Source: Azolla caroliniana (lineage: Eukaryota; Plantae; Polypodiophyta). From it: DNA of 64,000 nt. Below are positions 12,622-23,913 of this stretch, piece by piece. The translations under genes were made by a program, and so were the position numbers. Each line of letters starts with the position of its first letter. The first letter of the stretch is position 1. The stretch spans positions 496,001 through 560,000 of the forward strand of contig JBHGNT010000006.1 in the NCBI GenBank assembly GCA_043228905.1, given 5' to 3'. A model generated the notes under the pieces. That model searched no databases, had not been told where the DNA came from, and saw nothing but the letters and a program-made list of their open reading frames with translations.

Positions 12622-14196
12622 ATGAGATCTAGGCTTGGCAATTATAATTATTTTTACGACAGCTGCGTGGATGGGATGAGGCTAATAACAGGTGGATCAG
12701 TAGAGTCGTGTAGAGGAGGAGGGGTGAACCTATTATTAGCAACTGTAACAAGTCTTCTTGTGCTGGTTAGCTTGAATGGTAGCATCCAGGCGTATGAGGT
12801 AGGCGTAAACTGGGGGACGCAGGCATCACACCCGCTGCCTCCGAAGACGGTGGTGCAGCTACTGCAGAAGAACAACGTGACGCGTGTGAAGCTCTTCGAC
12901 TCTGACTCCACCACTCTGCAAGCGCTGGCCGGTAGCAACATCCAGGTCATGGTGGCCATCCCCAATAACAAGCTGCAGGCCATCAGCAGCAGCGCGGATT
13001 CTGCCACAACCTGGGTAACGCAGAACGTGGCACCCTACATCTTCAAGGGCGGCGTCAACATCTCGTATGTGGCGGTGGGCAACGAGCCTTTCTTGTCTGC
13101 CTACAATGGAAGCTTCGTAAATCTCACTTTCCCGGCCCTGCAGAACATCCAGAACGCCCTCAATAGTGCTGGCTTCGGCAACTCCATCAAGACTACGGTG
13201 CCCATGAATGCCGATGTGCTCACCGATGCACCAGTGCCATCAGAGGGTACCTTCAAGAACGTGACCGCACAGGCGATGGGGCAGATCTTAGACCTTCTGC
13301 ACCGAAATGGGTGCCCTTTCACTGTCAACATTTACCCGTTCATCAGCCTCTATGCTAACCCTAACTTCCCGCAGAATTACCTCTACTTTGATAGCAATAT
13401 AATTCAGATCCAGGACGGTACTTATGCCTACACCAATGCCTTTGATGGTACCTTTGATACACTGGTTGCTGCCCTCACTGCTGCAGGTTACCCGGACATG
13501 CCCATCATATTAGGGGAGATCGGGTGGCCTACAGACGGCCATGGCTCTGCCACACCCGCAAACGCCCAGCGTTTCGTGCAGGGATTTCTAAAGCACGTGC
13601 AGAGTGATGCTGGCACCCCACGCCGCCCTAAAGTCTCCATTTTTTTCTACCTCTTCGGCCTGCTGGATGAAGACCAGAAAAGCATTGACCCGGGTAACTT
13701 TGAGAGGCATTGGGGCGTGTTTGCCTATGATGGCAGCGCGAAATACCCTCTCAGCCTGCGGGAATCCAGTGGCACCTCTCAGTTGGCGTTGGTGAATGCG
13801 AGTGGAGTCCAGTATCTGCCCCGCCGATGGTGCGTTGTCGCAGACAGCGCCAACCTCAGCGCATTGGCCGAGTCCGTGTCATATGCATGCACCTATGCTG
13901 ACTGCACCCAGCTCGCCGATGGCGCCTCCTGCAATGCTGTCCTTGACTCCAAAGGGATTGCTTCCTATGCCTTCAATCAGTATTTTCAGCTCAACAATCA
14001 GGCCTCTACAGCCTGCTCCTTCAACGGTGCTGCGTCCATCACCACCACCGACCCCTCCGTGGGGACATGTAAATTCATCGTGCAGCTCGCTGTCAACAGT
14101 GCAGGATCAACAGCTTCCGTATCTCCATCTCTCATCATCACGATGGTTGCTGTAGCAGTAGCCCTTCTCCTATCCTCGTCGGACTCTACAGCGTGA
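12622..14196 (+). CDS. Glucan endo-1,3-beta-glucosidase (GH17) with X8/CBM43 domain and probable GPI anchor; intronless; start at ATG 12622 or 12676
   Basis: Hydrophobic signal region, VGVNWG, catalytic VGNEP and GEIGWPT, FERHWGVF, Cys-rich X8 (WCV...YAC...DCT...SYAFN.YFQ...CSF...DPS.GTCKF), hydrophobic C-terminus. Confidence 0.95.
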   Translation: MRSRLGNYNYFYDSCVDGMRLITGGSVESCRGGGVNLLLATVTSLLVLVSLNGSIQAYEVGVNWGTQASHPLPPKTVVQLLQKNNVTRVKLFDSDSTTLQALAGSNIQVMVAIPNNKLQAISSSADSATTWVTQNVAPYIFKGGVNISYVAVGNEPFLSAYNGSFVNLTFPALQNIQNALNSAGFGNSIKTTVPMNADVLTDAPVPSEGTFKNVTAQAMGQILDLLHRNGCPFTVNIYPFISLYANPNFPQNYLYFDSNIIQIQDGTYAYTNAFDGTFDTLVAALTAAGYPDMPIILGEIGWPTDGHGSATPANAQRFVQGFLKHVQSDAGTPRRPKVSIFFYLFGLLDEDQKSIDPGNFERHWGVFAYDGSAKYPLSLRESSGTSQLALVNASGVQYLPRRWCVVADSANLSALAESVSYACTYADCTQLADGASCNAVLDSKGIASYAFNQYFQLNNQASTACSFNGAASITTTDPSVGTCKFIVQLAVNSAGSTASVSPSLIITMVAVAVALLLSSSDSTA

Positions 14197-14503
14197 AAAT
14201 AAATATATGTAATGTGAAAATCATTGAACTTTCTTTTTGCACTCAGGAGAGGGTTGCCCTACCGTTATTTTACGTACTTAGCTAATATCATCAGCATCGA
14301 CTTTACTTTTCTTCTCATTTGAAAGAATGGAAGGATCTTCCTTTTGCAAATAAGCATTCTTTCTTCCATGCCCATTTGATTAAAGAAGGATCTTCATCTA
14401 TCTTATCATCATGTATGTATGAACATTCTATGAAGTACACTTATTATATGTATATATATATATATATTATCTGTCTCCTGGTCTTTAATGCGCTTCTTCC
14501 GCC

Positions 14504-14538
<35 letters not shown>

Positions 14539-15524
14539 CCCGATGTTGTACTGCTCAAGTCTTGGGATGAATTTTAATGAATTCTGGTAAATGCTTTTAG
14601 CTGGCCACATCACAATGCCTGAAGATCAAGAGGAGAGTTACTATTGTGTGTGGAGGTGATGTGGTGGATTCCAGGACAACTGAGTTTTGAGGATACTCAC
14701 GCATCACACCGTCTGAGCTGTGCTGTGCGGCTGCATTAAGTGCCAAGGTACCACCACTCCACGAATGACCGTCTGGATGACAATGACCAAGACCCAAATG
14801 AAAACTACAATGACAATGCCACGGATGAAAGTAATAGCACAAATCATCATACATGACCCCCACATCAAAACCTTGGTTCCATATGCAGTCAATTTTGTTA
14901 AGGGCAACGGTTTATTAATCTCCCCCAGCTGAAGCCCCTGATCATCTATCTACCCAACCCCTGTTCCCCTGACAGAAACTAAAATCCATTGCCATTGCCG
15001 GATGCGAGACCCGGACCTCGCTCTAAGTGTCTGGGATTCTTTTGCATCGTATCAAGCACATCTCCCCCTAATGTGTCAACCGTCACAGGACGGGAAAAAC
15101 TGCTCTTACTGTAGCCCGTAGAATCCCACCATACTAGATATACACCCCTGAGCTTCCTTGTCGATTTCCATTTCCATGTTCTTGCAGCCTTGACAAATGC
15201 ATATCCATTCAACTACTATAACATCATAGACCTTCCTCATCCTATATTCGCGCCAGCATTCCACCATCAGCCATCAGCTGCATTGAAATTTGACACAACC
15301 TTTCTCTCCACGTTCCCCTACCCTAACAAGCCAGGCCATTACCCTCGGGCCCCAGCTTTGCTTCCACACGCGTGCACTACCCCAAAAGTCACCAACTTCA
15401 ACTCACCCACACATGCTTTCAAATCATTAAGGGACATTTTTGTCAGTGTTTTTGGGCCACATACTTTTATATAATACAGTATGAAAAGGCACACACTTAT
15501 ATGTATTTCTTTCATATAGATACT

Positions 15525-15740
15525 CACGGTCCGGTACCAAACGTCAACGGTTCGGTTTTGGTTTAACCAGTTTGGGGGTTCCAAAGTTGAACCGAACTGG
15601 ATCCTAATCCGGTTAAGGCTAAACCGCCAAGCCAATTAAGCCTTAACTGATTTGGCCCAAAACGGTTCGCTTCAGCTAGAGCCATCTCAAACCGGTTAAG
15701 GATGCTCAAGCCTAAACCGAAGCTCAAACCTGTTAAGAAT
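15525..15740. repeat. AAACCG/CGGTT-rich MITE-like remnant
   Basis: Dense aaccg/cggtt and ttaagc motifs, as at 2937 and 63089; boundaries approximate. Confidence 0.4.
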
Positions 15741-16154
15741 GCAAATTGATTTCTATGACATGTAACTCATCTTGATCCACTTATTTGGGTATTACCCACA
15801 AATTGATGCTAGAAAAGTGAGTTAATTATTACGGAAGCCATCTTCCAATCGTTTGTCAGCTTTCAGGGAAGACGAAAAATTTAAACATCGGCAACAGATG
15901 GGTGGAGAAGCTTGGAGAGAGTAGAAGCAAGGTTAACGAATTAATATTAATATTACTATTGGTGGTCGGTAGTCTTGGCTTGCAATACAAGGACAGCTCT
16001 CCTTCTTCTGTTGTTGTTGTTGAGGACACACACACACACACACACAACGACCATTTTTATTTACAAGATAAAATGAGATGAATGAAGACGTAGATAGATA
16101 AAGATAGATAGAGGGACTTCACTTCTAATATATGACTCAAAATCATCGTGGACC

Positions 16155-16787
16155 ATGAAGGTGGCTGATGATGGGCCTGGGCCTGGGCCAGAGCAGCCAA
16201 CATCCAGATTAGCAGCGGCAATGCAGAGTGCCATGAGAGGCATGGGGCAGCTGAACAGCACTCTGCCCACCGGCACAGCCCTGGTCTTCCAGTTCTTACT
16301 TCCCATTATCACCACCAATGGCAAGTGCCCCGCTGGGGTCGCTGACAAGTGGGTAACTGGCGGGGTGTTGGTGCTGTGCGCGCTGGCCTGCTTCTTTATC
16401 TCCTTCACAGACACCTATTCTGATAGCAGCAGTGGCAAGAGCTACTACGGTTTGGTGACGAGCCGCGGGCTGTGGCTGCTGCCAGAGGGAGCGGCGCCAG
16501 CCGGAGTGGCCGCCACGGCTGCGTGTGCCTCTGAATACGCTCTTCGATTCTCCGACTGGATTCATGCGCTGCTGTCAATGTGGGTTTTTGCTGCATCTGC
16601 GCTCTTCCAGCAGGACGTCAAGGCCTGCCTATACCCATCCTTGCCTCCTGAGCTGCAGTCTGCACTGCCCATCTGTATCGGCTTTGCGTGCAGCTCCCTC
16701 CTCCTCATCTTCCCCTCCCGCCGCCGAGGCTTCGATGTACCACCACCACTACCTCCTCTCCGCTGCTCAAACTCTTCCTCCACGTAA
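16155..16787 (+). CDS. DMP: DUF679 domain membrane protein (DMP family), intronless
   Basis: LPTGT.LVFQ.L.P...NGKC, SFTDTY, YYGLVT.RGLW, Y.LRFSDWIHA, CLYP and IFPSRRRG motifs; four hydrophobic segments. Confidence 0.92.
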   Translation: MKVADDGPGPGPEQPTSRLAAAMQSAMRGMGQLNSTLPTGTALVFQFLLPIITTNGKCPAGVADKWVTGGVLVLCALACFFISFTDTYSDSSSGKSYYGLVTSRGLWLLPEGAAPAGVAATAACASEYALRFSDWIHALLSMWVFAASALFQQDVKACLYPSLPPELQSALPICIGFACSSLLLIFPSRRRGFDVPPPLPPLRCSNSSST

Positions 16788-17729
16788 TTCTTTCCCTCCT
16801 TCGCTTATATCACACCGTTCGGATTTTAGAGAGACTTATTTAGTTGGACAGGAAACTCACAACATGATGATGATTTGATTGTACTATGCTGACACACTAC
16901 TATTTTGTTTGTACCTATATGTACTATATATATATATATTATGTATGGTAAAATCAGCTTCGCAGCAATAAAACTTTATGCTTTCATTCATAGTGAAATT
17001 AGCCATGCCTTGGACTTAGCTATGGCTAGACAAGGTAGAAATTCTCATCACCCTATGCATATTGGAAAACACCGGGCTCATATTCATTGTTGTAAAGTTG
17101 TGTTGAAGAGAGGGTGAAACTAAATATTTGCTCAAAAGAACTAAGTATGTGTTGAAGGTCTCCTCAGAAGAACTATAGAAGTTTTTTTTTATTTGAATTT
17201 CTTCACTTCTAAGACAATTTATTTCAATAATTCCTCCTAGAGAATAATCAAAACTCCATTTCCTTAGGTTTTCATGAACTTGATGTTAAGTACATGCCAT
17301 TTGGGCCAAGAACCAAGAAGACAACGACAATGTAATGCATAAGAAGCTCTAAAGGAGCACTCGAAAAAGGGGGATAGAGTAAAATCTCACCCAAAACTAA
17401 AAGGCAAATCGTCATTCTAATGTGAAAGAGGCCCAACTCATTGTAAAAAGCTCATCTCTTTGGTGACTTTGGTAGCTCTTCCTTAAATTTGGGTTTTTTC
17501 ACAATATTATTTAGAGCATTAACTTTTTTCTTTTCCGACAATGGGTTATATGATGTCTAAAGCGATATACATGATACTACAGCATATATTTTTATCTTAT
17601 TTAGAGCTCTAACTTTATCTCTTTAATCTTTCACTTGAGCTTAATAAGAGTAATTAAGATTAATTGTTGATTAGTGTAAACCTAATCACAAAGAAGACTT
17701 ATCTTTAAATAAGGAATCAACAACATTTC

Positions 17730-17925
17730 AATTTAAACTGAATTGAACCACTTGGTTTGAGCTTGAACCATTTGGTTTTGCTTGACAGGTTTCAATTTCG
17801 ATGCGTTTGGTTTAAAGATTTTCAAGATTTGGTTTGATGAAGATTAAGTTTCAACGTTTTAAAACATGCGGATTTGAAATGGTTTTGAGTTTGAGAGTCC
17901 CAAACTGTTGTTGATTAATACTACT
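17730..17925 (-). repeat. MITE-like remnant related to 63089-63665
   Basis: Its end caaactgttgttgattaatacta resembles the reverse complement of tagtaatcagcaacagt at 63090; ggttt-rich. Confidence 0.4.
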
Positions 17926-19838
17926 TTCAATTGTGAATGTGGACAATTCATTTATCTTGCCACCGATGATTTCTTTCTTTTTAGAGAGTGTAGTATACAT
18001 GTTGGGGAAACTTATATGTATCGATTTATTGAATTATGCGAAGAAACAAATTTAGTGATAATGACATACTTTGAGCTTTAGATGTTGTTTGTTTATTTGC
18101 CAAGAACCATCAATATACTACATTTCTAGAATCATTTAATCCACCCGACAAGAAAAACATCAAATTTTGATTGCATGATATACAACAAGACAAGCTAGCT
18201 AGATGTGAGGTCATAGGTATGGTATGAGGTCATCTAGTTGAATCTAATATCGATTTCAATGGAGATAAACTGTGAATAACTCAACATTGAACAACAAGAT
18301 TTCAAAAATCTAGAACTTTATGCCATGTTGTTGTAGACTTCAACATCGAGAAATCCAAATACCTTGAAAACGAGGATTAATTGTGCCATATCTAGAGTGG
18401 ACAAAGAACCTTAAAGGTAATATAGTTGGAATAACCAAAGAAAGAGCAATTTGACACGTGCCCATGTTATGGGTGAGGGGTCATAGATATGGCACAATCA
18501 AGTGTCATCAATGATATGATACCACATCTTAAAAAGGGAAAAGCTCAACATTGAGAGAGTGTATATGGAAAAGTTACGTCTTTATAACTTGTACTCAAAA
18601 CCACATAGATTATAACTGAAATATATTGACAAAACATTGACAAGTGTTTATGTTAGAGATGAAGTCGTATTTATGAAATACTCGTGGGGATAATGATTTG
18701 TCGATATTGATGGTGAAATGGGAATAGAACATGCCGAAAGGTTAATATTAACTAAATATATTTCAGAATCAAGAGGTTTGATTTAATTAAGATCTCATAT
18801 CTATGAATTCTATGACATTGAATGAAATGTTTTTTGGAAACCAATTAGAACCATCTATAATATAATAAATTAGATTTGGGCAAGTCTGAAATCCATGATA
18901 TCTCCGAGAAAGGTAAAACATCGTAACACAACTAGCATGTCTTACGCTTGGCATTAGATTAGGGTACATATAGCTATGATGTAATCATAAAGGTAGACAA
19001 ATATGCTTGTAGAAACCTAAAGGAATATTCATGGAAAGTAGAGTAGAGCATAGAAAATGAAGGCGCGGTTGAAGTGATACACTATTTTTGACACCTTGAA
19101 GGGACAAGGTCATGGATGACAACATGGTTTGCATTGTGCTATAACAATCCAAAAGTTGGGCCCAATTATATGATTTTGTTTCTTGCTTTGTCCCCAACCA
19201 AGTCACATCAATAATAAAATATCTAAGGCCTATCTACATGTCTTAAACCATGTTCATCTAAAAATGGAAAGGTGTGTGGATCTTTGGTAATAGAATTTGG
19301 ATAGATTTAAGTCATGGTGTTTTTAGTTTCAATATGCAAATTTTGTTCACAACTTTGGCATGATTTTGTTTAGCTTGTCTAATGGAGAGGTCATCTACGC
19401 TAAGTCAAACATGATCACACATATAGCTGATTTTGTCCTTCACTGCTTCTGGATCAAATTTTCACTTAATATGAGTGAGAGGTACATAGAAACAGAGATT
19501 TTGTTTGTGTTGCTTTGATCACATTTTGACTCCTATGAGAGGGAGGGAGATATAAAGATCATATGCACGCGCGCGCAGAGACGCAGCACCCCATATACAT
19601 ATATACGCACCATAACTATATATCTATGTAAAATGTATACCTTCGTAGATTATTCAAGCATATACAAGAACAAGAAAGGAAAGGACTTATGGATTTATAC
19701 TCGCGAGTGACGTTAACTAGTGGCGCCATACATACATAGTACGTCGTACGTGCAGTGGAATAATAGCATGTAATGGCGGGGGTGGGGGGGGGGGGGGGGG
19801 GGTTCCTCTTGTTCGGTTATATATACCGACTTTACTAA

Positions 19839-20444
19839 TTAAAGCCAGAGTGCACCCGCAGCTTTAAGCTGAGGGATGAGGGCGCCGCTGATGTGGCAGG
19901 CCATGAGACGGTCGAGGCCACCGATGAGCTTGCCCCCCACGAATACCGCTGGGACAGCTGGGCGCTCGCCCATGATGTGTACAAGCACTCGGTCCACCTC
20001 AGCAGCACGAGCGCCCTCCAGCTCATCAATCTCCACCACCGTCGGGCTAACGCCCATCCCGCAGAAGAGCTTCTTGACCACGTGGCACAGGCAGCATGAC
20101 GAGACGCTGAACACAACCACCGGGTTGTCAGCTACCGTGTTCTCCAAACTCACCGCTCCTCCTCCTCCTCCTCCTCCTTCTTCATCGTCTGTGGGCGGCG
20201 CACAACTCAGCGCCAGCTGGAGCTGCTGCTGCTGTTGTTGACTGGATGCCTTGCTTGCAGCATGCACCTTGGCGATTGGCATCATGTTTATAGCACCCCC
20301 ACCCCCACTCCCTGTCACGTGGAGCGCGGAGAGGTGACGATATTGGGCCGGATGATCAGAGGCGCAGGAGGTGTGCCCGCTGTGGAAGAGCAGCCGTGCC
20401 GCCCGATTGTGTTGCATCATTTGGGCACCCCCGCCTCTCTGCAT
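19839..20444 (-). CDS. CC-type glutaredoxin (ROXY-like), intronless CDS with N-terminal extension
   Basis: VVVFSVSSCCLCHVVKKLF active site, VPAVFVGGKLIGG, C-terminal LIPQLKAAGALWL. Confidence 0.93.
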   Translation of the reverse strand: MQRGGGAQMMQHNRAARLLFHSGHTSCASDHPAQYRHLSALHVTGSGGGGAINMMPIAKVHAASKASSQQQQQQLQLALSCAPPTDDEEGGGGGGGAVSLENTVADNPVVVFSVSSCCLCHVVKKLFCGMGVSPTVVEIDELEGARAAEVDRVLVHIMGERPAVPAVFVGGKLIGGLDRLMACHISGALIPQLKAAGALWL

Positions 20445-21865
20445 ACTATATTAATTTTTATTTATTTAATATTATTACTTATACTTAATTGCTATTACTA
20501 TGTATATGTTCTATGGACACACACTTCACTTTTGCTTCTTAATGTTATTTATTAGGTTAATAATTTAACCCCCCACCTGAGTTTGCTAGGAAACCTTAAA
20601 ATAACCGAAACCTCAGTAAGTTACTGTTATAAACGTAAGCGCCTTATATGAAACCAAATTTATGCCTAATTACAATAACCCCGACCTTATAATTATATCC
20701 ACTAGATCTCCATTCATTGTTTCTCTGATGTGTGTCCACTCACTACAGTGTGTGTGTGTGTGTGTGTGTGTATTGATATATGTAATACATATAGATCTGT
20801 AACTGTTGTAGTTGTTGTATGGGTTAGCTCGATCTTATATCCCTTTCTTTGCTTCTTGGAAGTCTCAAATCTTTATCTTTGCAGACGCATGCCTTACATC
20901 CATCCATATAGTCTGGTCGAACATCATGTATGTATGTGGTGGTGTACGCACCCCCATCATCATTATCATTATCATCATCATCATCATCATCATCATATCA
21001 TCATCATCGTCGTCGTCGCCTTCGTCATCATCATAATCCAACTTTTGTTCTCCCTTCTCTGTTACTTCTTTTTTACTAATGCTTGCTCTCAATTATAATT
21101 ATGCATCATCATATCCTCCCTTATACAGCTAGTGTCCAATAATTAATCCCCAGTGCAGTGCTGCCCTCCGTTTTGTGTGCACTTCATAATTCCACCCCAC
21201 CCCACCCCTCTTCTTCTCGCGTTATGATTAAGTAATAATGGAGTAGGTGCACAAGCCACAACAAGAGTGAGTGAAATAAATTTGGTAGAATATCTAAGAT
21301 TTCTTCTGAGCTCATGCCTGGAAGGAAGGACATACCATAAAGGAGAAGATCTAAAAGAGAGGGGGGTGGGGGACAATGTGCGTCCTTTATAGATTAGCAG
21401 TAGTAATAAAAGCCAATTAGGTAATTAATATTTTGTTATAAATAAGTTTTAGTTTTCCTTTTAGGAGGGGAGGGGAGGTGGGAATGATGATGGTCTGTCT
21501 GTCTGTCTCGCTCTTTCCATCATGTCAAAAAGAGACAAGAGCATGAAGAAAAAGGAAATAAAAGGAGGAAGTTATGTAATATGTGGAATATAAGAAAAGT
21601 GTGGCGGTAATAATAATAATATGAATGGTTTTGTGTATTATGTAACAGTACATGCATATATATGTATGTATGAATATGTATGACAGTATGTGTATGGCAG
21701 TCGGGAGTGGAGAGAGAGAGAGAGAGAGATCTGAAGGCGCGCGTGCAAATGCAAAAAGCATAAAAGACAGATAATATTGCGTCGCAGAGACAATGTGTGT
21801 TTTTTTTTTTCCTCCTCCTTTTCTTCCTGTGGAGGGAAGGAGAACAGAAGCGTGATGCTCGCTTT

Positions 21866-21885
21866 GATTGGTGCGCCACGTCATC
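21866..21885. promoter_or_regulatory. CCAAT box plus TGACGTGG (bZIP/TGA) composite motif upstream of the glutaredoxin
   Basis: gattggtgcgccacgtcatc, about 1.4 kb 5' of the GRX ATG; motif match only. Confidence 0.35.
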
Positions 21886-22765
21886 ACCACTTGAGGCAGC
21901 AGCAGCAGCAGCAGCAGTGTCATCATCATCATCATCAATGATCATCATCAGAGTAAAGTTTTAACCCTAAACACACCAACTTCAACTCCAACTCCTCCTC
22001 TAATGGAAATTATTAAATAACATGAGAAAAAGGCAGCCCCTGTTTTAAGACATATCGTTAGAAACGAAAATATACCTGAGAAAGTAGAAAAAGCGCGATG
22101 CATTCATCCACCATGGATGTCACGCAACAAAACTAATAAATATCAACGACCCAAAGTCTAAAGACAGATTATGAAGACAGCAATTATTGTGGTAAAGCTG
22201 CAGGTTGTACTTAACAAATAGGAGCTCAGTTATAACCTCAAATCCTTGCTTTGCTACATATAAATTCTTCTAAAGAAGATGCCGCCTTTCCAAAGTACTT
22301 CTCTACACACTTACATGTGATATGAGTGTTATGGTTCCATTGTCTCGCTGTTTTTTTCTATCGCTCGTTTTTTTTTTATTGTAATTTGCTTACCGTCTTG
22401 GACCTGGTTAGTTGTTACACTACTAGCATTATGTCTTGGGTTGGAAACGCAATTTTCTCACCTCTATATTACTCCATGGATATCTCGTTACAACTAGATA
22501 TAAGAAATCTACTAGTGTACTATAAATTTGTCATATTCATGCTGTTATAAAAATATTTTTGCACGTCCTATCATGTCCCCTATATTTGTTAATATTAAAC
22601 ACCCTTGACTTATATTGATGAGGTTAACATCTTGTCTACAAGTGACGATTGGGAATTAATTAATGTAGATTAAGTTCCATTGATGTTGATATAATACCTT
22701 CTTTAGGACAATTTGTTTTTGGAAATTTGTCCTATAGCAAAGAGAGACAGAGACAGAGAGAGAGG

Positions 22766-23177
22766 CCCATATGGATGTAGCTCAGTTGGTAAGGTTGCCC
22801 AATGGAGACCAGGTGGTCATGGGTTCAACCCCTACATTCCACAGTGGCATCTAGTGAAATAGAGATATATATGAAGTATATAATAGAGAGGTGAGGAAAT
22901 TGGTTTCGAACCCAAGACACAGTGCTTGTAGTGCTAATAGCTTACCACTAGGGTAAGGTAATTACGATAAATAAGAGAGAGAGGTTGCCCAATGGAGACC
23001 AGGTGGTCATGGGTTCAACCCCTACATTCCACAGTAGCATCTAGTGAATTAAGAGATATATAAGACGTATATAATAGAGAGGTGAGGAAGGTGGGTTTCA
23101 AACCCACAACGCGGTGCTTGTAGTGCTAATAGCTTACCACTAGGGTAAGGTAATTACGATAAATCAAAAAGAGAGAG
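22766..23177 (+). repeat. Two tandem tRNA-derived (SINE-like) units; each long unit has a second, convergent A/B-box set
   Basis: Plus strand: TAGCTCAGTTGG and GGTTCAACCCC (22778-22832). Minus strand: TACCCTAGTGG (22955-22945) and GGTTCGAAACC (22912-22902). Second unit is 5'-truncated. Units separated by (GA)n. Confidence 0.75.
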
Positions 23178-23913
23178 GGGAAAACATTCTTAATCAATCT
23201 ACGATTTGGAAACTTCCTATTACTTGCTAGAAAGAATTCACACATAGTCAATGAAACTTTGATTCTTGAAGTAAGGTTCTATAACATCCCGAGGTCATTT
23301 TTGCATAAGAACCCTTTCGCTATACTCTTGGTTCTCCTTTTATAGGGTCCATAAGGTTTGTCCTCTTGTTATACTCTTGTTAATTGATTCATATTCCTCC
23401 ATGACTTGAATGTTAGACTCCTTGATTTGCATATACCACAACCCTTGATATGCTTGCATTCCTTCCATTTATAAGCACTAGCACCAAATCCCATGCTTTC
23501 TTTTCCTTTCCACTACCTATCATGAACATGAAAAAGATTAGATAAGAAAATGACAAGTATGGATCGTTGGAAGAATGGCCCCATGTATGAGAGAATGAGA
23601 AAATGGGCGAAAATGTGCATGGGTGGGAAATTAGAGAAGACCTTGTGTGGATGATAAGGGATGAGCAAATGGGTTGAAACGGAATGGATCAAGAGGAGCA
23701 TAATCAAAAGAGTTGTGTGTTAAGTTGTATAGGGCTCACCTGATGAATTTATGATGGGAGATTCTTCTTTGGCTTGTTTTGTTGAGGCTCAGACATGGTA
23801 ACACATTATTGTTCGTGGTGTAATAAAAAAATGTGCATAAGTGTGTGAAAGTATGAAAGAATCACATGGGGCTCTATACAAAGGTAGGTGTTTGATGTCA
23901 ATATAATCCCTTC

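Noticed and set aside
14597-15474. Several short ORFs between GH17 and DMP
   Set aside because: No recognisable domain or consistent frame; possibly a decayed element.
17950-19450. Possible DNA-transposase remnant
   Set aside because: Coding-like composition but no diagnostic motif I can defend.
20730-21948. ORFs with poly-His/Ile/Asp/Met
   Set aside because: Translations of (CAT)n, (GCA)n and (GA)n microsatellites in the GRX upstream region.
22773-22845. Functional tRNA gene
   Set aside because: A/B boxes are present, but the anticodon and T stems do not pair convincingly, and the unit is tandemly repeated with extra body sequence.
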